Source: an uncultured Lachnospiraceae bacterium (lineage in GTDB: Bacteria > Bacillota > Clostridia > Lachnospirales > Lachnospiraceae). From it: a stretch of DNA of 64,000 bases. The position numbers and the translations under genes were made by a program. Positions 40,533-50,122 of the stretch are shown one piece after another; position 1 is the first letter of the stretch, and the number at the start of each line of letters is the position of its first letter. The notes under the pieces were generated by a model. It saw only the letters and a program-made list of their open reading frames with translations, had not been told where the DNA came from and did not search any database. The DNA lies in contig CAJTMB010000013.1 in the NCBI GenBank assembly GCA_910577105.1, forward strand, positions 7,846 to 71,845. Reading direction: 5' to 3'.

Positions 40533-41744
40533 ATGAAGATATCAGCAAAAAAGTATATAAAAGCAATATTGAATCTGGCAATTGCGTTTATAATTGCAGT
40601 CGTAGTAATCTGGCTGGTGCCGAAAGGAATTGTATTTTTTATGCCGTTTGTACTGGGATGGATAATTGCGTGGATTGCCAGCCCTATGGTACGTTTTTTT
40701 GAAGAAAAACTAAAAATCAAGAGAAAGGCCGGAAGTGCGTTTGTAATTGTGGTGGTAATCGGTCTGGTGGTGCTTGCCGGTTATTTGATTGGGGGTAAAC
40801 TGATACGGGAAATAGCAGGCTTCGTGGGAGACCTGCCGGCTATGTGGGAGTCTTTGGAGCAGGACTTTGATGAAATTGGAAAGAATCTCAGCAGTTTATA
40901 CGACAAGCTTCCCGTGGATGTTCAAAATACGCTCAATAATATCGGCACACAGACCAATGAATTTATCGGGGAACTGATTGGGAAAATAAGCAGCCCTACC
41001 ATTGCGGCGGTTGGTAATTTTGCAAAACAGCTTCCTACTATAGTAATCGGGATTGTGATGTGCCTTTTGTCTTCATACTTTTTTGTTGCGGAGAGGGTGC
41101 CGTTTACATCGACCATAAAACAGTATATGCCGGAATCCTTAAGATACAGGGCCCGCATCATAAAAAGAAGTCTGGTGAAGGCTGTGGGCGGCTATTTTAA
41201 GGCACAGATAAAAATTGAAATCTGGATTTACCTGCTTTTGGTTGTTGGCTTTTTTATTCTGGGAATTGATTATGCCCTGCTAATAGCATTAGGCGTTGCC
41301 ATTTTGGATTTTCTTCCGTTTTTTGGAACCGGCACTGCCATGGTGCCATGGGCAATTGTTAAATTTTTAAGTTCAGACTATAAGATGACAATAGGCCTGC
41401 TGCTGATTTGGGGTGTCAGCCAGCTTGTCAGACAAATCATCCAGCCTAAAATTGTAGGCGATTCCATCGGTGTTCCACCGATACCGACGTTATTTCTTCT
41501 GTATATCGGTTACATGGTTGAGGGAGTTGTGGGCATGATAATAGCAGTACCGATTGGCATTATTTTGTGGACGCTTTACAAGGAGGGCGCTTTTGATACC
41601 ACAAAACACAGCATACAGATTCTGTCTGCAGGATTGAACCGTTTTAGGAAACTGACACCGCAGGATATGTCTGTCATCGTTTCCTATAAACGGGAGTGCG
41701 AGGAGGAACTGCAGATGAAACAGGAGCAGGAAGAGTTGCAGTGA
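40533..41744 (+). CDS. ytvI: Sporulation integral membrane protein YtvI (AI-2E family)
   Basis: Multi-TM, 'LDFLPFFGTG', 'RQIIQPKIVGDSIG'. Confidence 0.85.
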   Translation: MKISAKKYIKAILNLAIAFIIAVVVIWLVPKGIVFFMPFVLGWIIAWIASPMVRFFEEKLKIKRKAGSAFVIVVVIGLVVLAGYLIGGKLIREIAGFVGDLPAMWESLEQDFDEIGKNLSSLYDKLPVDVQNTLNNIGTQTNEFIGELIGKISSPTIAAVGNFAKQLPTIVIGIVMCLLSSYFFVAERVPFTSTIKQYMPESLRYRARIIKRSLVKAVGGYFKAQIKIEIWIYLLLVVGFFILGIDYALLIALGVAILDFLPFFGTGTAMVPWAIVKFLSSDYKMTIGLLLIWGVSQLVRQIIQPKIVGDSIGVPPIPTLFLLYIGYMVEGVVGMIIAVPIGIILWTLYKEGAFDTTKHSIQILSAGLNRFRKLTPQDMSVIVSYKRECEEELQMKQEQEELQ

Positions 41745-41812
41745 GTGGTGGGAAAACAGGGCGTTTTTCATTTATATTTGAGCTGCGGCAAGGTGACTGC
41801 ACGGAGATTAAA

Positions 41813-42550
41813 ATGCGTAATTTTAAGATGTTATTGCAATATGAAGGTACCAGATATCAGGGCTGGCAGAAGCAGACTTCCACGGATAATACGATTCAGG
41901 GAAAACTGGAAGCCCTTTTGTCAAGAATGTGCGGACAAAGTATAGAAGTGCATGGAAGCGGAAGGACGGATGCAGGTGTCCATGCAAGAGGACAGGTGGC
42001 GAATGCCCATCTGGACACAAGGATGTCGGCAGAAGAAATACAAGACTATATGAACAGATATTTGCCGGAAGATATTGCGGTGCTTTCTGTGGAGGAGGTA
42101 TCCCTGCGTTTTCACAGCAGGCTTCTTGTGAAAAGCAAGACGTACTGCTATCAGGTAATCAATAGCAGCCTGCCCCATGTTTTTGACAGGCGCTATGTAT
42201 GGATTGTTCCGGAAAAACTGGATGTCAACGCAATGGAAACTGCTGCCGGATTTTTACTGGGTACCCATGATTTTGCTGCATTCACGTCTGCAAAAAAGGG
42301 GAAAAAGTCCACGGTACGGAAAATAAGTGAAATTCGTATTGAAAATGAAGGTGAAAAACTCAGTTTCTACTTCAGCGGAGACGGATTTTTGTTCCATATG
42401 GTAAGAATCATCATGGGGACTCTGATTGAGGTGGGTACGGGAAAGAGAAATCCGGAAGAGATTCCCGGGATTTTGCTTTCCCGAAAAAGAGAGCTGGCGG
42501 GAGCGTTGGCGCCTGCACGCGGCCTTACCTTGATGGAAGTGAGATATTGA
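41813..42550 (+). CDS. truA: tRNA pseudouridine(38-40) synthase
   Basis: 'YEGTRYQGWQ', 'GRTDAGVHA', 'FLFHMVR'. Confidence 0.93.
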   Translation: MRNFKMLLQYEGTRYQGWQKQTSTDNTIQGKLEALLSRMCGQSIEVHGSGRTDAGVHARGQVANAHLDTRMSAEEIQDYMNRYLPEDIAVLSVEEVSLRFHSRLLVKSKTYCYQVINSSLPHVFDRRYVWIVPEKLDVNAMETAAGFLLGTHDFAAFTSAKKGKKSTVRKISEIRIENEGEKLSFYFSGDGFLFHMVRIIMGTLIEVGTGKRNPEEIPGILLSRKRELAGALAPARGLTLMEVRY

Positions 42551-42574
42551 GTTTGGCATGAATGGAAGGTTAAT

Positions 42575-43060
42575 ATGATTAGTAAGAAACATATGCGCAT
42601 ACTTTTTGTGATATATCTCCTGATACTGTTAAGGGTGATTGTGTTTAAATATCCGCTGGCACAGATGAGGGAAATAGTAGCTTCATGGAAGAGGGAAGTA
42701 TTTTGGGAAGGTCTTGGGAGCGCCAACTTTGAGTTGTTTAAGACAATAAAGCTGTACATCAGGCACTGGGACAATAAAGGGATTAACAGATTTGGCAATC
42801 TGATAGGAAATATTGTGGCATTTATACCCCTTGGCTATATGCTCCCCAGAATATGTAAAGCATCAAGACATTTCATAATTTGCATGGTGCAGGTATTTTT
42901 TTTGGTTTTGGGAATAGAACTGTTTCAGCTTTTAAGCGCATTCGGGGTGTTTGATGTGGATGATATTTTACTTAACTGTCTGGGCGCGCTGGCGGGATAT
43001 CTTTTTTTCAAAATAGAAGATTATATTTATCAAAAAGGGAACCGGGAGAACGGGTTATAA
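42575..43060 (+). CDS. VanZ family membrane protein
   Basis: 'GNIVAFIPLG', 'IELFQ', 'DVDDILLN..GA'. Confidence 0.88.
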   Translation: MISKKHMRILFVIYLLILLRVIVFKYPLAQMREIVASWKREVFWEGLGSANFELFKTIKLYIRHWDNKGINRFGNLIGNIVAFIPLGYMLPRICKASRHFIICMVQVFFLVLGIELFQLLSAFGVFDVDDILLNCLGALAGYLFFKIEDYIYQKGNRENGL

Positions 43061-43100
43061 AAATACTGCAAATTTTTTAGAAATTTTGCAGTATTTTTAT
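43057..43100. repeat. Perfect 16-bp inverted repeat (terminator or operator)
   Basis: ATAAAAATACTGCAAA-N12-TTTGCAGTATTTTTAT. Confidence 0.7.
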
Positions 43101-43147
43101 TTGTAAAGGGATATTAATGATGTAGCATACAAGATAAGGATAGCAGG

Positions 43148-43699
43148 ATGAGCGGCTTACAAACCGAAAGAGGAAAACAGGAAACGGTATTGCTGGAAAA
43201 GAAGATAGAGTCCTATCTGGCAACTTTGTACAGGATTGCTTTTTTACAGTTGAAAAATGCAGAAGATGCGGAGGACGTTGTTCAGGAGGTTTTCTATCAG
43301 TACATGAAAGCAAACAGGATTTTTGAAAATCAGGAACATGAAAAAGCCTGGTTAATTAAAGTTACCCTAAATTCCTGCAAGAAACTATGGCGTTCCGCGT
43401 GGTATAGGCATCATGCACCTATGCCGGATATGGAAAGTGCCTGTGAACTCCATGAACAGGAAAAAGTGCAGCCGGAAAACACATATATACGCCGGGAAGA
43501 AAGTAAAGAACTGATGAAAGCGGTATGGGAATTGCCGGATAAATACAGGGAAGTGATTCACTTGTTTTATTATGAGGGCTTATCTGTAAAAGAAATATCC
43601 TCTGTCTGCGGAAGGCAGGAGTCTACGGTGACTGCACAGCTTACAAGGGGCAGGAAGGTTTTGAAGAAAAAACTGAAGGAGGAATATCAGTTTGAATAA
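43148..43699 (+). CDS. ECF RNA polymerase sigma factor
   Basis: 'DAEDVVQEVF', 'KAWLIKVT', 'LPDKYREVIHLFYYEGLSVKEI'. Confidence 0.92.
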   Translation: MSGLQTERGKQETVLLEKKIESYLATLYRIAFLQLKNAEDAEDVVQEVFYQYMKANRIFENQEHEKAWLIKVTLNSCKKLWRSAWYRHHAPMPDMESACELHEQEKVQPENTYIRREESKELMKAVWELPDKYREVIHLFYYEGLSVKEISSVCGRQESTVTAQLTRGRKVLKKKLKEEYQFE

Positions 43700-44555
43700 T
43701 TTTGGAGATGCGTATAAAAAGGCCGTTGAAAAAATCAAGGTACCTGTTGTGACGGCAAACCAGATTGCTGATGAAGTATGCCGCAAAAGGATTGCCGCAT
43801 ACCGGATAAGACGTCAGTTTGCGGCGGCAGTAGCAGCAGCCAGTGTTTTTATTGTATGTTCCCTGGGGGTGGCAGCAGCTGCAGGTTATGCCAAAAGCGT
43901 TATCAGGGCTACAGAGTATGGATTTGAAACATCGGATGAAGAGACGGCTCTGCTCAATAACGGGTGGAAGGATGCCGGTTGTCCGGAAATCGAGGAAGAA
44001 ACAGATTTGGATTTTTTGTCTGCAAGAGGAGCAGACAGCGCAGAAAATGACACAGGGAATCTCTGTGAGTCTCAAAAGCAGGCGGAGTCTGAAAAACAGG
44101 AATCCACTGAAGAAATTGAACTGGAGGAGCAGATGTTTGATTCCCGTGACGATTTTCTGGAAGCAGGATTAATGCCTGCGGCGCTGCCGAAGGAGGAACT
44201 TATTTCGGGCGAGGACTTTTCGGAGGAGTATATTGTCTGTGGAGATTTTCTTTTACTCGTCAGGGTGGAAGCAAAAGACAGTCTGTTTATGATGAATCAG
44301 ACATATTACGGAGATACGTCCGGGCATGCCTCTTCAGTGGTATATCCGGAAGGGGTATGTAATGAAAGGGAATATATTACCGGGCAGGGATATGTCTATA
44401 AGGTTGTTGATTCTGTCTGCGAAGAGGGGGAGGTGTGCCGCATTCATGCTGCCATATCAATCGGTGATTATGAACTGATTATTGATTTCTCAGGTTATTC
44501 CGAAGAAGAGGCATTTCGAATATTGGACAGCATGGATTTGAATATATATTTATAA
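43692..44555 (+). CDS. Putative anti-sigma factor (single TM, acidic extracellular domain)
   Basis: Overlaps the sigma stop codon; one TM helix. Confidence 0.7.
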   Translation: MNNFGDAYKKAVEKIKVPVVTANQIADEVCRKRIAAYRIRRQFAAAVAAASVFIVCSLGVAAAAGYAKSVIRATEYGFETSDEETALLNNGWKDAGCPEIEEETDLDFLSARGADSAENDTGNLCESQKQAESEKQESTEEIELEEQMFDSRDDFLEAGLMPAALPKEELISGEDFSEEYIVCGDFLLLVRVEAKDSLFMMNQTYYGDTSGHASSVVYPEGVCNEREYITGQGYVYKVVDSVCEEGEVCRIHAAISIGDYELIIDFSGYSEEEAFRILDSMDLNIYL

Positions 44556-44557
44556 AC

Positions 44558-44588
44558 GATACATTTCTGCTACATTTGTGATACATTT
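44558..44588 (+). promoter_or_regulatory. Three G(A/C)TACATTT direct repeats at 11-bp spacing (OmpR-type boxes)
   Basis: Copies at 44558, 44569 and 44580, upstream of the response regulator. Confidence 0.6.
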
Positions 44589-44642
44589 TTGAGTTTGTTT
44601 TCCGGTATAGTCAGATGAGAGTGTAATGAGTATTTAGAAAGG

Positions 44643-45362
44643 GTGATTTATATGAGCAGCATTTTGGTATACAACAATAACACGGGTGTTGTGGGACTAA
44701 TGCAGCCATTGTTTGCAGGTGAAGGATATCAGGTTTTTGAGGCTCAGACCTTGCAGAAGATGCGTCAGTATATAGAAGAAAGACAGGTGCAGCTTTTGAT
44801 AACGGACGTGGAGCTTTACGGGGAGGATACCTATGAAGCAGGACTGATGAATGGTGTGGAGGTTCTCCGTGAAATCCGCTCCATTAGCAGCATTCCGATT
44901 ATAGTATTGTCAGAGAACGCAAATGAAATGGTAAAAATAGGCGCTCTCAACGCAGGAGCGGATGATTATGTGATTTATCCGTGTAACCCGCTGGAATTGC
45001 TGGCAAGGGTGAAGTCCCAGTTAAGGCGTTATACACAGTTGTCCAATATTTCCTCCAATATTGAGCGGATATATAAGGTAAATGATTTGGTGTTGGATGA
45101 TATTTGCAGGAAAGTTACCGTAGAAGGCAAGGAAGTGCGCCTTACACCGATTGAATATAAAATATTAAGACTTCTTGTACAAGAAAGGGGAAGAGTGTTT
45201 TCAATTGGCCAGATTTATGAGTCCATCTGGCATATGAAAGCGATTGGCGCTGACAACACCATAGCGGTGCACATACGGCACATTCGTGAAAAAATAGAAA
45301 GAAATCCCAAGGAACCTCAGTATCTTAAAGTGGTTTGGGGAACCGGATATAAAGTGGGATAA
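44643..45362 (+). CDS. OmpR-family response regulator (orphan, atypical receiver)
   Basis: Receiver plus winged helix 'LTPIEYKIL', 'VHIRHIREKIE', 'VVWGTGY'. Confidence 0.9.
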   Translation: MIYMSSILVYNNNTGVVGLMQPLFAGEGYQVFEAQTLQKMRQYIEERQVQLLITDVELYGEDTYEAGLMNGVEVLREIRSISSIPIIVLSENANEMVKIGALNAGADDYVIYPCNPLELLARVKSQLRRYTQLSNISSNIERIYKVNDLVLDDICRKVTVEGKEVRLTPIEYKILRLLVQERGRVFSIGQIYESIWHMKAIGADNTIAVHIRHIREKIERNPKEPQYLKVVWGTGYKVG

Positions 45363-45370
45363 TAAGAAAA

Positions 45371-46009
45371 TCATTGATTTTTCAGCGGCTTTCTCCATGG
45401 AAGCCTGAATGCAATATGTTCTCCGTGGTATCTGGCAAAATGCTTTCCGATAACGGTGACGGAGAGAATAAAGCAGCCTGTTGTTACTGCGGCAGGAAGT
45501 GTTTTGTCGCAAAGGCAGCAGGCAGTGAAGAGCAGAAAGGTTATAACGGAGCGGAAAAAATGGGGCTGGATGATAATGACCAGTGAAAATACGATATAGA
45601 GGGCTGCCAGTGTGAAAGCGGGTGTCAAATTGGGATATAGGCCAAGCAGTACGCCGAAAGAAACTGCAATGGCCTTTCCACCGTGCTGCCCCTTCCAAAA
45701 GACAGGGAAAGCATGGCCAAGTACGGGTGCAGCCAGTACAAGAGCAAACAGCAGGTTGGAGATATCGATTTTTCGGAGGGCGAACCAGACCGGAAGTGCG
45801 CCTTTTAAAAGTTCACAGATAATAACCAGTATGCCCACAGGGATACCGGCATGGATAAAAGCATTGGCAGTTCCCGGATTGCCATCCTCTGAAAGTTCCG
45901 AGATGTCAATCTGCCTGATAATTCTGGGAAGCAGGCTGGCATACATAATGCTGCCTGACAAATACCCTGCAATGATGAAAAAAAGATATTCCATAATGGT
46001 TCTGTTCAT
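45371..46009 (-). CDS. plsY: Glycerol-3-phosphate acyltransferase PlsY-like
   Basis: 'GNPGTANA', 'ELLKG', 'GHAFP', 'GGKAIA'. Confidence 0.8.
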   Translation of the reverse strand: MNRTIMEYLFFIIAGYLSGSIMYASLLPRIIRQIDISELSEDGNPGTANAFIHAGIPVGILVIICELLKGALPVWFALRKIDISNLLFALVLAAPVLGHAFPVFWKGQHGGKAIAVSFGVLLGLYPNLTPAFTLAALYIVFSLVIIIQPHFFRSVITFLLFTACCLCDKTLPAAVTTGCFILSVTVIGKHFARYHGEHIAFRLPWRKPLKNQ

Positions 46010-46031
46010 TTTATCTGTCCACCTTTGTCTG

Positions 46032-47156
46032 TTACAGCTGCATTGCAGCTGTTTTTTCTTCCAGCAGTTTGCAGATACGGCTGGCGGCATCCGGAAGTGC
46101 ATTGGCCTTCTGGGCAGAATACATACCGTTCCTGACGTCAGTATTTTCTGCCAGCATTTTCCCTTGTTTAATCTGCGTGCTTATCCGTTCTGCGGCAATG
46201 GATATGCCGCGGGAAACAAAAAACTCCCTGTTTTTGGTTTCACATCCCGGAATAGGGGATGTGTGAACAATGGGAATATTCATGTTAAGCGCTTCTGTGG
46301 AAGTCAGGCCTCCGGGCTTGGTGTAGATGACATCGCATGCAGCCATGAAGTCGGCCACATGTTGTGTGTAACCAATGATATGAATACCCGGTTTACGGTA
46401 AAACTGTCTTTTCAGGGTGCGTTTCAGTTTTTTGTTGTTTCCACAGATAATGACAATCTGTTCTCCGTTTTTTAAATGTGTTGTCAGTTCATAGGCAAAT
46501 ATATGGATTTTACCAAAGCCCATGCTGCCGCTCATAATCAGGTACATGGCTTTATCCTCCGGCAGGTGAAGCTTTCTCTTTGCCAGCGCTTTGTCCTGTT
46601 TTTGGCAAAAGGCATCTTTCACAGGAATTCCAAAAGGCATTAGCTTTTCTTTTGGAATGCCTTTTTTTATGTATTCTTCCAGCAGTTCGGCATGGGGGGC
46701 GATATAATAGTCGCATTCCGTTTCTGCCCAGAAAGGAATGCAGGTATAGTCCGTTGCCACGGCAACGGTCAGGGGAACCTCCATTTTGTGCCGTTTCATA
46801 TAGGTAATGGTTTCTGCCGGAAACAGATGCGGCATGACGATGGCATCATAGTGGTTTTCGTCTAAGTAAGTGCGAAGTTTTTTGGCCATCAGTCCGTTGG
46901 CATAATAGACCGGGGACTTGCGGCGTGAAGAACTGATAAGTCCGGCAAAACGGTATAAAAAGCCAAACAGCCTCGGCATGCTGCGGGCCGTCCTTACATA
47001 ACACTGGCCCACAAAATTGGCAGTACGTGCGCTGGAAAGCAAAAACATGTCCAACATGACGGCTTCGTGTCCGTTCTGTATCAGTTTTTCCTGTACGGCC
47101 ATACCGGCCGCATTGTGTCCACCACCGGTGGAGGACGACAAAATCAATACTTTCAT
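46032..47156 (-). CDS. MGDG synthase/UgtP-like glycosyltransferase
   Basis: 'GGGHNAA', 'TDY', 'TKPGGLTSTEA', 'PIPGCE..N'. Confidence 0.9.
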   Translation of the reverse strand: MKVLILSSSTGGGHNAAGMAVQEKLIQNGHEAVMLDMFLLSSARTANFVGQCYVRTARSMPRLFGFLYRFAGLISSSRRKSPVYYANGLMAKKLRTYLDENHYDAIVMPHLFPAETITYMKRHKMEVPLTVAVATDYTCIPFWAETECDYYIAPHAELLEEYIKKGIPKEKLMPFGIPVKDAFCQKQDKALAKRKLHLPEDKAMYLIMSGSMGFGKIHIFAYELTTHLKNGEQIVIICGNNKKLKRTLKRQFYRKPGIHIIGYTQHVADFMAACDVIYTKPGGLTSTEALNMNIPIVHTSPIPGCETKNREFFVSRGISIAAERISTQIKQGKMLAENTDVRNGMYSAQKANALPDAASRICKLLEEKTAAMQL

Positions 47157-47197
47157 ACATTAAAGTTCCTTGATAGTTATTTGTTCCTATTTTATCA

Positions 47198-47758
47198 CTA
47201 AAAAAACAGGTGTTCAATTAAAATCTTCAACCCGATGAGTATGAGGAGGATGCCGCCTGCCAGTTCCGCTTTTGATTTGTATTTGATACCAAATACATTC
47301 CCTATTTTCATGCCAAAGGCGGAAAACAGGAAAGTAATGATGCCGATAAAGGAAACGGCAGGAATGATTGGTATATCGGGAAGGAAAGCGAACGTCACGC
47401 CTACGGCAAGAGCGTCTATGCTGGTTGCCACGGATAGAAGAAACATTTCTTTAAAGGAAAAGGAAGCGCTGATGGCTTCTTCCTCCTTGGAAAGAGCTTC
47501 TTTTATCATGCCGCCTCCGATGAAAAGCAGCAGCAGAAAAGCAATCCAATGGTCTAAGACGGTAATGCTTTCCTGAAAACGGTATCCCACCAGATAGCCA
47601 ATGACAGGCATAAACGCCTGAAAGCCCCCAAACCATAATCCCACCAGAGCGGATTTCCCAAGTGTAATCTTTTTTACTGCAAGCCCTTTGCAGACAGAAA
47701 CTGCAAAAGCGTCCATGGAAAGGCCTATGGCCAGAAAAAATAAACTAAGCAGACTCAT
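47198..47758 (-). CDS. mntP: Manganese efflux pump MntP
   Basis: 'LSMDAFAVS', 'ATSIDALAVG'; Mn riboswitch upstream. Confidence 0.93.
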   Translation of the reverse strand: MSLLSLFFLAIGLSMDAFAVSVCKGLAVKKITLGKSALVGLWFGGFQAFMPVIGYLVGYRFQESITVLDHWIAFLLLLFIGGGMIKEALSKEEEAISASFSFKEMFLLSVATSIDALAVGVTFAFLPDIPIIPAVSFIGIITFLFSAFGMKIGNVFGIKYKSKAELAGGILLILIGLKILIEHLFF

Positions 47759-47787
47759 TTTGTTCTCCTATTTGGTGGGTTACACCT

Positions 47788-47830
47788 AAAAAACTCACAG
47801 ACAACAGGTAGACACCAGTTGTCCATGAGT
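47788..47830 (-). terminator. Riboswitch expression-platform terminator
   Basis: Minus strand CTCATGGACAAC...GTTGTCTGTGAG-TTTTTT, overlapping the aptamer 3' strand. Confidence 0.8.
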
Positions 47831-47912
47831 CTCATTTTTTAAGATAATACCAGATGTCCGCATCATTATGTTGATATTATCACAGCCGCTACGGCTGCAA
47901 ACTACTCCCTCA
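47826..47912 (-). ncRNA. yybP-ykoY manganese riboswitch
   Basis: Minus strand TGAGGGAGTAG...TCAACA...GAGACTCA motifs upstream of mntP; promoter TTGACA-17-TATAAT at 47961-47933. Confidence 0.88.
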
Positions 47913-48102
47913 GGAATCGGTAATTAAATTGCATTATAGGGGAATAGACAATATTTGTCAATCCCTTTGTTTTAGGTACTTCCCAATTTCAGAGTTTTGT
48001 AATATAATACAGGTATATCATATATTGGTGTTCTGATTGTTCCGACACATATCTTAAAAAATACCCCATGAGAACATGATATATTTTAGGAGGTTAAAAT
48101 AA

Positions 48103-49521
48103 ATGAGAGAAAAGTACGAGTCGCTGGCGCTTGTGAACTTGAAGGAGCTTGCAAAGGCCAGGGGCATCAAAGGTGTTTCTGCCATGAAGAAAGCGGAGGT
48201 GGTGGAGGCAATGCTTGCACAGGATGAAAAGGAAAAGGCAGCACGGCAGGCTGCGCCGATGCAGGTAGCGGAGAAAAAGCCGGACAAGCTCGTGGAAAAA
48301 AGACCGGAAGAGCGTCGTCAGGAGGAGCGGAGACCGGCGCAGGCATTTGACAGAAATGCGGTTTATGACGCAAATACATTCCCCCCGGAACTGGATAGTG
48401 GGCAGGAGGCCAATGGTATTCTGGAAGTTATGCCGGACGGATATGGATTTATCCGCTGCGCCAATTACATGCCGGGAGAAAATGATGTATATGTGGCTCC
48501 GAGTCAGATACGCAGGTTTGGGTTGAAAACCGGGGATATCCTGGTAGGAAACAAGCGAACCAAAACTCAGCAGGAAAAATTCAGTGCGCTGTTATACATT
48601 AAAACAATTAACGGTTATTCTGTGGAAGAAGCAGCAAGAAGGCGCAATTTTGAGGATATGACGCCTATTTTCCCGGATGAGAGAATCAGGCTGGAGGTAC
48701 CCGGTTCCAGCATTGCCATGCGCGTCATGGATTTGGTCAGCCCTATCGGCAAAGGGCAGCGCGGGATGATTGTATCCCCGCCCAAGGCAGGAAAGACAAC
48801 CTTGTTAAAACAAGTGGCAAAGTCCATTCTCAGGAGTGAGCCCAACATGCATATGCTGATTCTTTTGATAGATGAACGTCCTGAAGAAGTTACGGATATC
48901 AAAGAGGCGATTGAAGGCACTAATGTGGAGGTGATTTATTCCACCTTTGATGAACTGCCGGAGCATCACAAGAGGGTTTCAGAGATGGTAATTGAGCGCG
49001 CAAAACGGTTGGTGGAGCATGGGAAGGATGTGGTGATACTCCTTGACAGCATTACCAGACTGACACGCGCTTACAATCAGGTGGTGCCGCCCAGCGGAAG
49101 GACGCTTTCCGGCGGTCTGGACCCGGCAGCCCTGCATATGCCTAAGCGTTTCTTTGGCGCGGCGAGGAATTTAAGGGCTGGCGGCAGCCTGACGATTCTG
49201 GCTACGGCTTTGGTGGAAACAGGCTCCAAGATGGATGACGTGGTTTACGAGGAGTTTAAAGGCACCGGCAATATGGAGATGGTGCTTGACAGAAGATTAT
49301 CCGAAAAGCGTATTTTTCCTGCCATTGACCTGCAGAAATCGGGAACCAGAAGAGAGGACCTTCTGCTCTATCCCGATGAACTGGAGGCCATCAACATTAT
49401 GCGTAAGGCATTAAACGGCATGAAGGCGGATGAAGCGGCTGACCGCATTTTGGATATGTTTTCCAGAACCAGAAACAATCAGGAATTTGTAAACATGGTA
49501 AAGAAAATGAAGTTTATATAA
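48103..49521 (+). CDS. rho: Transcription termination factor Rho
   Basis: 'DGYGFIR', PPKAGKT, '[11 protein letters not shown]', 'EFKGTGNME'. Confidence 0.97.
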   Translation: MREKYESLALVNLKELAKARGIKGVSAMKKAEVVEAMLAQDEKEKAARQAAPMQVAEKKPDKLVEKRPEERRQEERRPAQAFDRNAVYDANTFPPELDSGQEANGILEVMPDGYGFIRCANYMPGENDVYVAPSQIRRFGLKTGDILVGNKRTKTQQEKFSALLYIKTINGYSVEEAARRRNFEDMTPIFPDERIRLEVPGSSIAMRVMDLVSPIGKGQRGMIVSPPKAGKTTLLKQVAKSILRSEPNMHMLILLIDERPEEVTDIKEAIEGTNVEVIYSTFDELPEHHKRVSEMVIERAKRLVEHGKDVVILLDSITRLTRAYNQVVPPSGRTLSGGLDPAALHMPKRFFGAARNLRAGGSLTILATALVETGSKMDDVVYEEFKGTGNMEMVLDRRLSEKRIFPAIDLQKSGTRREDLLLYPDELEAINIMRKALNGMKADEAADRILDMFSRTRNNQEFVNMVKKMKFI

Positions 49522-49528
49522 AAAATGC

Positions 49529-49557
49529 TTGCATAAAAATGTATTGCATGGTAAAAT
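49529..49557 (+). promoter_or_regulatory. sigmaA promoter of rpmE
   Basis: TTGCAT-17 bp-TAAAAT with TG extension. Confidence 0.6.
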
Positions 49558-49634
49558 AAAAAAGCTGTTTGTGGATGCATAAGCAGTAGGGATGAGTACA
49601 GAACAAATTGACTTAACATAGAGAGGTGAAAAAG

Positions 49635-49841
49635 ATGAAAGAAGGAATCCATCCAACTTATTATCAGGCAACTGTTACCTGTAACTGTGGCAACACATTT
49701 GTAACCGGTTCCACCAAGCCTGAAATCCACGTGGAAGTTTGCTCCAAGTGCCATTCATTCTATACAGGCCAGCAGAAGACTGCAAGAGCTGACGGTCGTA
49801 TTGACAAGTTCAATAGAAAGTACGGTGTGGAAAGCAAGTAG
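49635..49841 (+). CDS. rpmE: 50S ribosomal protein L31 (Zn-binding type)
   Basis: 'MKEGIHP', CNC...CSKCH, '[10 protein letters not shown]'. Confidence 0.96.
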   Translation: MKEGIHPTYYQATVTCNCGNTFVTGSTKPEIHVEVCSKCHSFYTGQQKTARADGRIDKFNRKYGVESK

Positions 49842-49864
49842 TTTTTCCGTAAATATGATTTCTG

Positions 49865-49893
49865 AAAGGTTGAGGTGTAAGCTTCAACCTTTT
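49865..49893 (+). terminator. rpmE terminator
   Basis: AAAGGTTGAGG-TGTAAG-CTTCAACCTTTT. Confidence 0.7.
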
Positions 49894-50084
49894 ATGATAT
49901 AATGACCGCAAAGGAAAAACAAGCGACTGCGGAGCAGGCATTTGTTTTTCCTGCGGCATTAACGAGCAAAGGTCCGATGAAATCGGACAAAGAGCACGTC
50001 AGTGCGGGTTTGCGAGTTTAAATGAAATAATGACCGCACAGGAAAAACAAGCGACTGCGGAGCAGGCATTTGTTTTTCCTGCGG
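49894..50084. repeat. A-B-A' mosaic: two 63-bp direct-repeat hairpins around a branched 65-bp spacer (REP/BIME-like)
   Basis: 49894-49956 and 50022-50084 differ at 2 positions; each folds as CCGC.AGGAAAAACAA...TTGTTTTTCCT.GCGG. Confidence 0.85.
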
Positions 50085-50122
50085 GTTTATTGACCTTATG
50101 AAAAAAGGAAGGGCTCTAACTT

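Noticed and set aside
49558..49634. Ribosomal protein L31 leader RNA
   Set aside because: Position is plausible but I could not identify a convincing structure; needs an Rfam scan
49894..50084. CRISPR array or hammerhead ribozyme
   Set aside because: Only two 63-bp repeats with a structured spacer, no cas genes, no CUGAUGA/GAAA core
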